Source: Anolis carolinensis | Taxonomy: Eukaryota | Assembly: GCF_035594765.1 (NCBI RefSeq) | Contig: NC_085841.1 | Coordinates: forward strand, 225,959,326 to 226,023,325 | Length of the DNA: 64,000 nt | Reading direction: 5' to 3' | Shown: piece by piece, positions 26,377 to 38,145 of the stretch | Position numbering within the stretch: position 1 is the stretch's first letter | Layout: every line of letters begins with the position of its first letter | Notes under the pieces: model-generated | The model's input: only the letters and a program-made list of their open reading frames with translations | What the model was told of the DNA's origin: nothing | The model's database searches: none | Position numbers and translations under genes: made by a program

Positions 26377-27355
26377 TACTGCCATGAAGTACTAACATTT
26401 TTTGATCTGAAATGTAACAATACACCAGACTGAAGGAAATAAAGCTTTTAGTTCAACAAGTGTTTGTCTATGCTTGCAATTCCCCCAACCTTCACCAATT
26501 TGCCACCAATACCTTCAGCAAAAATGTCCAAGGGGTGTGTGTGTGTGGTTGATACTATAATCTCTGGCTTTGCTAGGTTTATTGTAATATGCATTTTACC
26601 CTATTGTGTAGCTATAAGAAGTAACAATTTAACAAACAGAAATCAAGTCCTCCTAGTATACGAAGTACCGTTACCAAGAGTGCTGTGGATTTTCAAGAGG
26701 CACGAACAGAGGGCAGAAGGGAAAAATGTGCCAAGAGGAAAGTGCGTTAGGACCACCTTCCATCTGGAAATGCATGTCCCCACTGCGAAAGAGCATGTGG
26801 ATTCAGAATAAGTCTCTACAGTCACTTACGGACGCATTGCCAAGACTCTACCCTTGGAAAACCATCATACTCGGCTACAAGTAAATTATAAAACTGCAGG
26901 CTAGAACCTTCCTTGGGATATGTCACCTTTCAGAAGCTTCTCTTAAACACTGAGAACCCTAAAAGCGCAATATTTTCCATAGAGATTAATCCTGCACAAT
27001 AATGATCCATTGTTAACTGCTTTCTTCTTTTCAAATTTTGTGGGAGGATACTGATGTACTCTTGGGTTAAAGGTAGATATTTCCACTAAGGCAAACAAAA
27101 GGGGAAAGCACTAATTTCCTTCTCTAATTGGAGGCCACACATCCCAAACATGTCCCAAATGCTGAAAGAAGCAAGAAGCTGTTGTCACAAGAAGGCAGAA
27201 ATGCCCCGGAGAGTCATGGGAACAAGATTCACACTCCTTTCAGTTGCACACTTTCTTTATTTAACTTCGTCCAAAAGAACATTTCAGGTAATTACAGTAA
27301 ACAAGTAATCATCCAACTATAATATATCTAATTCAAATCTAAATAATCAACTTAC

Positions 27356-27510
27356 CTGGGTTGGTACAAGTACTGGAGGATATGCCAATTTATGGTGTCG
27401 GTACATCCAAAATGAAAACAGTATGATAACTGCAATTCCCATTATAGGCACAAGAGAATAAAGTAAAGTACTGAACAAGGGTTGTTTAGGTGGAACAGGA
27501 TTGGAAGTAG
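27356..27510 (-). CDS. ACVR2A: ACVR2A coding exon 4 (transmembrane helix and juxtamembrane region)
   Basis: cttacag| (P)TSNPVPPKQPLFSTLLYSLVPIMGIAVIILFSFWMYRHHKLAYPPVLVPTQ |gtaag. 155 nt. Confidence 0.97.
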
Positions 27511-28354
27511 CTGTAAGAAAAGTCACAAATAGTTTTATGACAGTCTACTACTAATGCAAAGGGCCATGAAGAAATTCTTAAAAGTTGGGGAGACTGAAGT
27601 ATACATTATATGAAACAGAATATGATAACATTATGTGGAACATTTAAAAGATTTCAACTGGAGTTTCAACTAGCACCTGAGACACTTTCATGAAGTCCTA
27701 TTTTTTTGTTTAACATGTTAACATCAGAGGTTGGCCCAGAAAGCAGTACTGTATGTTCTACATATCAACTTAATTTAAAGTTTTATTAACAAGAATGGAA
27801 GAATGTACAGAGATACTAGTTTGCATTAATCTTACAATGTAGCTATTTTGTGTTTATCCTTTCTATTTCCAAAATTTTATTTCATGCAAGCCTTGATTTC
27901 TTTCAAAAAACCTAATTTAACCAACTGTCCCTAAAGATATAAGAAATGAAAGCTCACTCTTCCTATTTCCATTTCCTAGCTGTACCAGAGAAGGGAAAGA
28001 GGAAGCATGCTAAACTGAAGCTCACTAAGTCTCTTTGTTGACCTGCTCAACTGTATCATTCTCTCTTTGACTGTGATTCAGTGAGCAACCCAGACAGGTT
28101 AAAAGATCTTTATGCAATGCAAAAAGACTTGTTAGCTATAAGCATATGGCTGTCAAATTTAAACTACTTTCATTAGTTTTAATCTATGCTTTAAAATCTG
28201 AAAAAGCCTTTCTTACACTGGTCAACTAGTATTAAAATAGAGCTATAGAAATCTTAATATCAACAAAAGTAGCTGTGGTGGTAGACCATCTTTCCAAAGG
28301 GAACAAATATTGTACTGGTAGCTTATAAACTCTTGAAATAAGATGACAACTTAC

Positions 28355-28464
28355 GCTGTGTGACCTCCATCTCTGGAGAGTAGAAAAAATGTTCATTGCA
28401 CATGTTGCCTTCACAGCAGCAGAAAAATACTTCAGGGCTGTCTTTCCTTTCTATGCATTCAGCT
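28355..28464 (-). CDS. ACVR2A: ACVR2A coding exon 3 (cysteine box)
   Basis: ctttcag| (R)AECIERKDSPEVFFCCCEGNMCNEHFFYSPEMEVTQ(P) |gtaagt. 110 nt. Confidence 0.97.
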
Positions 28465-28734
28465 CTGAAAGGGATTAAAAGCAATTTTACAATGGTACAA
28501 CTCTGCCTCAGCACAACTGTCAATGACACTGTTAACAACAGTTAATTAAATATTTAATACTGCTTGCACACATTGCTTAGTGGTATATAAGATTCTGGTA
28601 CTAAATACTAGAGACAAGTAATTCAATGTATCACTTTACTGAACTGGAATGAAGCAACTTCTAAACCGAGGCAAATAAATGTGTATTTGAAACAGTTAAG
28701 ATTTATTTTATGGACAGCAAAGAATCATATAGCA

Positions 28735-28855
28735 CAGTGGTTCTTAACCATTGCTCCACCACGTGTATTGGACTTCAACTCCCAGAAATCCAAGCCAGCT
28801 TACTAGTTGTTAGGAATTGTGGAAGCTGAAGTCCTAAACACCTGGAGGACCACTG
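28735..28855. mobile_element. Degenerate hAT MITE in intron 2
   Basis: cagtggttcttaacc ... ggaccactg, with the shared core 'caactcccagaaatc...ttaggaattgtgg'. Confidence 0.65.
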
Positions 28856-29421
28856 ATATAGCACCTTACTGTCCAACAGTTGTTATGGCATATGCTTTTG
28901 TGGACTAGTATTTAAGGTGCTTCAAGAATGTATTATTTTTGCTGTAACATTCCAATATAAGAGACGGCATTAAAATCCCCAGTAAGTAGATCTGATTCAG
29001 TACCTCTTGACTCAGTGATTCAGGCAGGCCATCTAGCCTTTTTCTTAAAAGTTTGGGAGGATCATCAATCAGATCTACAGCCCACTGTGTAAAGTAGACA
29101 TCTCCTGTATGCCAGCAGAACCCTTTTTTATGCTTGCATGATATTAAATTGAACCAGGAGCGAAATCTAAATAGAAAATTATGCACATCTAGAGCACAAT
29201 GACTTCTTTCTACATGTGCATATGAGAGCACCATGTCAAAAACTGATACCAAATATTTACATTAATACAGTTAAAGCTCTAAGAATCAGATCTGCATTCC
29301 TATATAGATCTTTGTGGGATCAAGGCTCTATCAGCATGCAATAGAAAAAATATCCTCTTATGGACAGTCTACAAGTTCATTTATAAAATAGAGAATGTAA
29401 CAGGAGGAGGAGTTTGCTTGC

Positions 29422-29629
29422 CTGTCATAACAGTTAATATCATCCAGCCAGCAACCCTTTTTCACAATTTCAATAGATCCAGAAATATTCTTCCACGTTG
29501 CAAAGCAATGTCGTCTTTTATCTTTATCACCATAACACGATTCAATGCCACTGCGATTTGTTCTATCATTTTCCCAATTAGCGTTGTAGAAGATGCACTC
29601 CTGTGTCTCTGATCTGCCTAGAATGGCAC
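29422..29629 (-). CDS. ACVR2A: ACVR2A coding exon 2 (extracellular ligand-binding domain)
   Basis: cttgtag| acceptor, then (G)[68 protein letters not shown](R). 208 nt. The donor is AG|GCAAGC (GC type). Confidence 0.96.
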
Positions 29630-29971
29630 CTACAAGGGATTAAATGTGATTAAAAATTAAGCTATTGGATAAGGTTGCCAGGTTCGTAGGTGAAAAAACT
29701 ATATTCAAAAATTCCCATATTATTGCATTTTATTTAATGTATGATGTTTCTACTTCTGTTGGCATGCATTTCAAACACATTTTAAATTGCAAAATGCTCT
29801 TTGTTTCTACTTACTGATTTTTGTTTAATACGATCTTTGCAATTTTTCAACCTTTGCCATTTTTTTTTCTTCCTGAAGATTTAGAATGGAAACTTTTACA
29901 ATACAAAATGATCCCAAAACACTATTGCCACTCTGTTGTCCTGCTCAGTCTAATGAAGCCCTATCTATCTA

Positions 29972-30009
<38 letters not shown>

Positions 30010-32614
30010 CTTTTTTGTTGTGGACTACATATTCTGTTTTGATGATGAATAATTTGTTTTAGCAATTACACCTTAATTTGTCCAGGTGCTCCTTTGTCTA
30101 ATAAAACTGAGGCTTTAGGGAACACATGAATTTGGGGGAGAAGCATCTTTCCCCATCTCCTTCCTCTAATTTATGCATGAAGTCAGACAACCTCAAAATG
30201 ATCATAGGAAACTGCAAATAAAATACAGGAGGGGAAAATGTCATTTGGCAGTGATTTGCCAATTCTTATTAGGGCAATGAAATCAGACATCCAGATCTGC
30301 TTACAGGGACAAACCAGATGCTTATACTAGGAACAAATCTTTCAGTATGATGCAGAAGTTATATCTTCAAGCAACAGATATACCCATTAACACAACAGAG
30401 TATCTCTTACAAAGCTCAGCAACTTCCAAAAGCTAACTATGGAGTTCTTTTGGGGAGTGCATAGGATCTATATGTGCAAGGGGTCCTGGACTATATTATT
30501 TTAAACTAAAAAAGCAAATATTAACTTAAAACCGAAATGCTGAATTTCAGAAAATTCATTATCTTTTCTGCCCTTAATAACACCACCTGGTATCACTTTT
30601 AACATTGTTTTTCATAATCTTCAACTAAAGCTGTTTTCCCCAGACTATCAATGTACTTATGGTATCAGGAAGCACATTTGCAAAACAGTGCTGAACACTG
30701 CTGCCCATACTTCGCTCATGTTCTTGATCTTATTCCAAGTAATATTCACTCTATCCCATCAGTGTATTTTACTTCAGTCACCACTGAACAGTCTTAATTG
30801 CACTACCATATTTCCTCTCACACACAGTGAATGCCTGATTTATCTAACTGAAGTTCCTGATTTCATCCTGGCTCATTTCCATGCCATCACATAAAGTCAT
30901 TATGACTTTCTACAAAATCTCTGCTCTGATCACTCTTGATCTTTGCAAACAATTCTTAAACATTCTATTGCATCACAGTGTTGTTCAAGTAGTTTCTTAA
31001 ATATCAAAATAACTGCTATTTTTCATTTCAATATTCAGTATTAAAAATCTCTAGATATACTTTCTGAAAAAACTGAAAGATTTTTAATAGTTATATTAGT
31101 CATTTAAAACTTAATTGCTTTGTCTCAGGAATCAATTTTTTATCCCACTGTTTCTTTTTACTATGTGTATTTATAATATTTGATTGTTCTGCAGGCTTGA
31201 TAATGACTGAAAAAAGAACACAAAATGGAAAGATCCACACTGAAAGCAAATATTATATTTTTGAGTTAAAATGACAGAATTACAGTAATAACAAAACACA
31301 ATCAAGTAAAATATGTCTGAATGCTCATTTAGAATAAACAATATGTTAATATGAAGTAAAATGCTGACAAGATATATTTGGGAAATCTCTGCCCCTCAAC
31401 ACCCCCCCCCCCCCAAAGACCATTATAATCATAACAGGAAATGATATATAGTGGGCTCTGTTAACCAGCAATCATGGGGATTGTTAGGTGACAGATAAAT
31501 GCAGTTTCTGATTGAGTTACTCTTAAAAACAGGCCTAACTAATAATATATCCCATACTATACCATAAACTCTGTATTGCTTTGATATAAATATTGAAATA
31601 CTGTAATTAAAAGCAAATAAAGACAAATAAAGACAAACAACTTAATGTAACACAATTTTATTGTCTTATAAAAACAGCTTTGTGGATGCAGTATTATTTC
31701 TTTGATTTTTTTGCCAGTTGCTTGAGTTCCGGTTAACCAAGACTCTACTGTACTACAATTTTATGATAAAGAATATATAATTCTATAAAGACAGTACTGT
31801 ACTCTCACTTGCACTGTCCTCTAAGACTACCATATTGTTTAACTACTTTCTCTACATATGTCAGAAAAGTTCAGAGGTTCTTAAGAAAGAAAACATGATG
31901 AAACGTAATACAGTTAATGGATGATTGAAATTATAGAGAAAGCACACTATCTACTGAAATACATGGAGCTGTATTAGGTCCAAGAGATACATTTTTAAAA
32001 CAGGAAGTGAACAGGAAGGTACAGTTAATGATTCTTAAAAAATGGCATCTCCTCAAATGGCCACAAAGGCTCAAAAACATAGTGAAAATGCCTCCCTTGT
32101 CTTGGGGACAAAAAGATTGTTTTTTCAAAAAATGGAAGCAAATGTGCCAGGGAGGTGCATCTCCTTGAGGTCTAATGGGGCACAAATGCAGAACTCTATC
32201 CTTTCACAGTTGTTCACTTGTGTTCTAAAGAAATAAAAATATCCTGCAATTAAAATATTTTTGTTGTTGTTGTGTCATCAAGTTGTTGTAGGATTACACT
32301 CAGGTGAGTCTATCATGGGAGTTTCTTTGCAAGCATCAATGGCCGCTGCCATTTTCTTGCCAGACAAGACAGAATTTCTTTTAGGTTGTCCTGGGACAGA
32401 CTAAGCTCTTGCCTCTACACAGATGAGATATACTTCGTTGATAAGTTATTCCCACTTCAAAGATAAGTCGACTCAATTTGGAGTTTTTTTTTTACTACAA
32501 CATGTAGATTTGTACATGCGTTTATAGAGTATTTAACACAAATGAGGAAGAAATATTTAAATATTAATATAATAATTCAATAAATATGAGTCATTATACT
32601 CATGATTCTAAATA

Positions 32615-32937
32615 CAGTAGAGTCTCACTTATCCAAGCCTCGCTTATCCAAGTTTCTGGATTATCCAAGCCATTTTTGTAGTCAATGTTTTCAATATATC
32701 GTGATATTTTGGTGCTAAATTCGTAAATACAGTAATTACAACATAACATTACTGCGTATTGAACTGCTTTTTCTGTCAAATTTGTTGTATAACATGATGT
32801 TTTGGTGCTTAATTTGTAAAATCATAACCTAATTTGATGTTTAATAGGCTTTTCCTTAATCCCGCCTTATTATCCAAGATATTCGCTTATCCAAGCTTCT
32901 GCCAGCCTGTTTAGCTTGGATAAGTGAGACTCTACTG
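32615..32937. mobile_element. 323-bp mariner/Tigger-like MITE, opposite orientation
   Basis: Perfect TIRs CAGTAGAGTCTCACTTATCCAAG with TA flanks. Confidence 0.92.
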
Positions 32938-33394
32938 TAGAAGCAAAATTTTTCAGATATTAGAAATGAGCTTTGTTATTACAGCTACATCCCAGGTTCT
33001 AAAATAACCAATCCAATGGAAGGAATGGGAGAACATCTCTCCATCCCCCCAAATTACCCAACAGAAACTTGATTTATGCTCTTTGTCTCAATAGTTTTCC
33101 AGACTGTTTTCAATATCCTTTAATAAAACATTGAAAGGGTCACTAGAAAGCTTAAAGTCAGTTATTTGTTCACTATATTTGAAAAGTCCTGAAAGTAATA
33201 AACTGTGCTTTAAGCTCGGGGCAATTTTAAAATAAATGTAAACAATGGTGATAGATTAATCTCACTTTGTTCTGATCCACAAACTGTTATTTACTATTCC
33301 ATACATATAGACACTGTACATATCTACTTTATCTTCAGTATAGAACACATAGTAACCTGTTGTTAAACACTGAAGACTAAATACCCTAAAGATG

Positions 33395-33578
33395 CCATAT
33401 GCCATATCTTGATCTTGGAAGCTAAGCAGGGCCAGCCTTGGGCCACCAACAAAGACCAGGTGCGATAGTCTATATTTCAGAGGAAGGAACTGGCAAGCCA
33501 CCTCTGAGTATTCCTTGCCTAAGAAAACCCTATGATATTAATGAGATGACCACAAGTTGACTGCCAACTTGAGGGTGT
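33395..33578 (+). mobile_element. 5S rRNA-derived SINE with RTE-type tail
   Basis: 'tgatcttggaagctaagcagggccagcc' matches the 5S internal control region. Related copies at about 9085-9295 (-), 54445-54650 (+) and 61535-61610 (+). Confidence 0.7.
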
Positions 33579-34092
33579 GCATGTGTACAAGATCAAGATG
33601 TTTTTGCCAGTGTGGATAGCAGATCTTGGTTTAATAAACAGAAAAAGGTATCCCCTACCCAGCTTAATTTTAAAAAATCACTTCTTGAATGTTTTTAATG
33701 TCATCAAGAATCCCTTTAAAACTGTTAAGGGAGTTCAAAGCAAATTTTTAAAATATTATAAAACTATCAAGCCTCAATGTTTCAATCTTCTGTCTTAGTT
33801 TTTAATTTGTCTATATTAATACTGTATCTAAAGCCACATCTCTCATAAAACTTTAGGCATTTCATAGAGTTCAAAAAATGTTTAAATTGATTGGAATAGT
33901 TTTATTTTAGATAGATTCCTTTTCAAGGAATAAGGAATCTATTCCTTATGGTGTAAGACAGCAGGCTTCTCCGCTGCTGTCTTACACCATTTTTAATAAA
34001 TCCTATACATGAATAGGATAAACCGCAGCAAGGAAAGTGCTATACTGAAAATATCTTATGAGTTTTTTTTAGAAAATACTAATGCATCAGAA

Positions 34093-34110
34093 TGTGTATG
34101 TATGTATGTG

Positions 34111-34142
<32 letters not shown>
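34093..34142. repeat. (TATG)n/(CA)n microsatellite
   Basis: Direct inspection. Other microsatellites at 12617-12648 (GCAC/CA), 23897-23928 (TTA) and 29961-30007 (CTAT/CT). Confidence 0.9.
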
Positions 34143-34144
<2 letters not shown>

Positions 34145-34957
34145 AATGTATCAGTTATTAACTTGTTATTCTGATTTCTGTTTTAGCTTTATGTCCCAAC
34201 ATAGCTCCTTCATAGAAAATGTATCATTACTCAGAAATGTGTAATCTGTAATTAAAAAAGAAAATAATAATTTCATCATAAATTGATTCATGCAAAAGCC
34301 TGAGGCAAAAGTTTATCTTTTGCTTTAATTTTTTAAAATCAAAATGTTAATCCAAGTTAGAGTATACCTAGTAGACAAAAGGAGTGTACAACTAAACACA
34401 ATTCAATGCATATTCATCAAAAGCACTATCCTGCAAGTGTATATGGAGTATTTGGAGTGACTCAAAGCTACTGTGTGGTTTACAGTTCTAGTTCCTTTTC
34501 TGAATCACCTGGGGTCACTACACTGAAAGGTGGACTAGTCATTACCATACTCCCTGAACACATGGGTAATCAAATACCTGTACATCCAACCACTAGCAAC
34601 TAATTCAGTCAATCAGCTGAGTCTAAACTGCAGACTTTATGCTCAAAACCTTGCTTTCAGACATTACTTTTACTCCCCTATCCCCTTTTTGTACTAAACT
34701 AATAAAGAGTTCTGCAGATATTGAAAGCTTGCACATTTTTGGGGCATTTTGGCTTATTTTAATAATTTTGCAGCTATGGAATATGTATTTCTTGTCTCTC
34801 CCATTGGCTGACACAGCTATCTTTATTTTCATTATAGGCAGAAGTATATCTATGATGGCTACCTAAAGAGAATTCCCCACTTAGTGAGATACACACGGTA
34901 AACCAAAGCTTATTTTGGGTTCTGGGGCATATAAACATTAATTATTCACTATGCTTA

Positions 34958-35310
34958 TGGCGAAGTGTGTTAAAGCACTGAGCTGCTGAACTTGCAGACC
35001 GAAAGGTCACAGGTTGAAATCCCGGGAGCACAGTGAGCACCCGCTATTAGTTCCAGCTTCTGCCAACCTAGCAGTTCAAAAACATGCCAATGTGAGTAGA
35101 TCAATAGGTACCTCTCCGGCGGGAAGGTAACGGCACTCCATGCAGTCATGCCGGCCACATGACCTTGGAGGTGTCTACGGACAACGCCGGCTCTTCGGCT
35201 TAGAAATGGAGATGAGCACCAACCCCCAGAGTCAGATATGACTGGACTTAACGTCGGGGTCCGCAAGTTCAGCAGCTCAGCGCTTTAACACACTGTGCCA
35301 CCAGGGGCCC
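34958..35310 (+). mobile_element. Sauria SINE followed by an inverted SINE head
   Basis: Typical Sauria SINE body (gtgagtagatcaataggtac...gaccttggaggtgtctacggacaacgccggctcttcggc). Segment 35258-35310 is the reverse complement of the SINE 5' end. Confidence 0.9.
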
Positions 35311-36060
35311 AGTGCTTTAATCTGGTCTTAAGAAGCTTTCCATGGAAGATTTCAAAGTTTGGCATAATTTCTAAAAAGGTCCTATCCATTGTACATAATC
35401 TCTTAAGGTGTTTCAAATAGTGGTTCTTTTGAGCTTTGAAAAGGTAACAGGTAAACAGCATTCTGAATGGGGATCAGAAACACTTGGGATGGTAAGGTCA
35501 TAGGAGTATTTTGATCAAGAGGAAGTCATAGTCAAAATTCTATCAATTTTTCCACACACAGAATTCTCCAAGACTATTTCAATATGCCTTAACAGAGCAT
35601 TTTTACAGTAACATGCTAATCCCAGAAAAAACACTCCTGTCTCTTACAGGAGAGTAGACATTTGTGTACTAATCTATACAGGATCAGGATGAGTTGGTCC
35701 CTGAATTCTCTTAACCTAATCTAATTTAAGAATTCTTTGGATTAAAACTATACTGAATTAAAGTGAAAGCTATACACTAAAGCTTTTATAGGAAGGAAGA
35801 ATAAAAAACTGATCAATAAATCTAGTGCATACATGTTATTTCTGCTTAAAAATAAAAACACAGCAGACCTCCAATCACACTGTTAATTTAAGACAAACAA
35901 TCTCGTTTTCTGACATTACTCAATAGATACTCTCTTCAAAGAAATGGGAAAGTCTTGCAATGTTTCCCACAAAAATTGAATAACTATAAGCACTTTCATA
36001 AATATAGTTTGTCATATTTAAAATATCAAAAGGGAAAGAAGATACTACTCAAAACATAAG

Positions 36061-36504
36061 GGGCCAGGCTGTGGCACAGGCTGGTGAGCAGCCTGCTGCA
36101 ATAAATCACTCTGACCATGAGGTCATGAATTCGAGGCCAGCCCGTCAATTAAAAAATAAAAAATAGCCCCTGCTCGTTGCTGATCTAGCAACCCGAAAGA
36201 TAGTTGCATCTATCAAGTAGGAAATAAGGTACCACTTATAAAGTGGGGAGGTAAATTTAACTAATTTACGGCGTTGGAATGAGGAAGTGCCGTCACAGTG
36301 GATGATGAAGCAGCTGCTCCCCCCCTGTGGCCAGAATTTAACATCCCCTCAGGAGAAGGTTAAATTGCCTCTGCATCTGTCTTTGTTCTATGTATATGTA
36401 TTTGTTCTATGTTCTATGTTTGCCTTATATGTATACAATGTGATCCGCCCTGAGTCCCCTTCGGGGTGAGAAGGGCGGAATATAAATACTGTAAATAAAT
36501 AAAT
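36061..36504 (+). mobile_element. tRNA-derived SINE with L2-type tail (Anolis SINE2-like)
   Basis: A/B-box-like head. Tail 'gatccgccctgagtccccttcggggtgagaagggcggaatataaatactg(taaa)n'. Confidence 0.88.
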
Positions 36505-37739
36505 ACAGATAATATGATTAACTTCATAAACTTCTCTAAACATAAAGATGACATGATTAACTTAACTTTGATTTATCAGTGAGCAACAACCACCGTAGCA
36601 CATGAACTTGTTCATAAAAGACAAAACTTACTGAGGGTATAACCATTGATAGAAATCTGTTACTATAATTATACAGGAACTACCTTAAACCCCAAAATAC
36701 CAATAAGTAATAACTAGAACCCCTTCAAAAATGATCAGAATTTGGAGATACAGTTAGCGTTCTAGTAGCATACAGTTATTTAAATATGTCTGTAAGCATA
36801 CTGGTAATAAACTCCAACAGTAAATTAATAATGTATGCCAAATTTGCAAAACAAAAGAGTAACCATGTGCAGAAATAAAATTTAGGGTTGAATAATGTAT
36901 GTACAGTAGACTCTCAGTTAACTGGCACCCATGAGGTAGATGTGAGATAAAAGTAGTTTCTTGTTGCTTGAGAGCTATGATTAGAAATAGGCCTAATTAA
37001 TACTACACTCCATACTATATTATGCCATAAACTCTGAATTGACTTGATATTAATATTAAATGCAATATCTAAAAGCAAATAAAGAACAACTTAATAGTAG
37101 ATGGAGAACTACATATATTCAAAATACATTCCAATCCTCAAGAAAGGGGCACCAGGGATTACACAAATAACACCTGTGAATTTAGTATTTAAGAAGCTCA
37201 AGGGTGGTACCTTGTTGCTGGCTGCATTGTCAGTTCTAGAAGCTACGATTCTCAGACTCTTGCTATCTTTTGTTCCTGAACTCTGGACTAGCGTTTGGAC
37301 CTTGGCTTACAGATTCTGACTAAACCTTGTACTCTGGACACTCTGGTATTCAGCTTGCTACCCTGGAACAGACATTCAGCTTTTCTATTGTGTTATCCTG
37401 CTAATGTTTGCATCTCTGCTCATTGATCACTTTGACATCGGACTGCTGATTGGGGGGGGGGGGGGGTGAGGCTTCTGACAGGAAGAATCCATATCTTGAC
37501 TCAGTCATTAATCAGAATGGTATGGCAGGATATTAAAAACTGTTAGGGAAGGGTTGCAATTCAAAAAGAGAGTTCCTATCGTGTCTAGTTGGCATTCAGG
37601 GTTAAGTCCATTGTACTGGATTCCTCCCCTGTGTCATTCCATGAAACTGCAGCCAGGAAACTAAGAATTGGAAGGACCACTATAAAGGAAACAGACAAGA
37701 TTTTGAAGTGTCAAGAAATATCATTGAATAGGATGCCTT

Positions 37740-38145
37740 CGAATATTTATGTCTGATTGTGAAAGCTGGACAGTGAAGAAAGCAGACAGGAAGAAAATGA
37801 ACACATCTGAAATGTAATTGTGAAGAATAGTTCTGCGGACACCATGGACTGCTAAACAAACAAATGTTCCTAAAGAACAAATCAAGCCTAATCTCTCCCT
37901 AGAAGACAAGATGACTAAATAGAGACTGTCGTACTTTGGACATAGCATGAAAAGAAATGACTTGCTAGCAAAGACAATAAAGCTTGGTAAGAGGAAGACC
38001 ACATTCCAAGTGGATAGACTCAATTAAGGAAAACAAGACCTTGGGCCTACAAGACTTAAGCAGAACTTTCAATAATAAGATGACTTGGAAGTCTCTAAAT
38101 TCATGGGGTTGCCATGACTCGAAGTCAATTTGATGGCATTAAGAA
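37740..38145 (+). mobile_element. Old RTE LINE 3' fragment
   Basis: Degenerate RTE C-terminal motifs CESWTVKKADRKK...PWTAK...YFGH, and a 3' UTR 'catggggttgccatgactcgaagtcaatttgatggca'. Confidence 0.75.

Noticed and set aside
33395-33450. 5S rRNA-like sequences (also about 9215-9280, 54460-54510 and 61545-61605)
   Set aside because: They are partial, degenerate and mostly joined to a shared non-5S tail, so they are SINE heads rather than rRNA genes.
37200-37480. Possible Gypsy solo-LTR fragment ending in TGACA
   Set aside because: No matching 5' TG end, TSD or second copy could be identified, so it is too weak to call.
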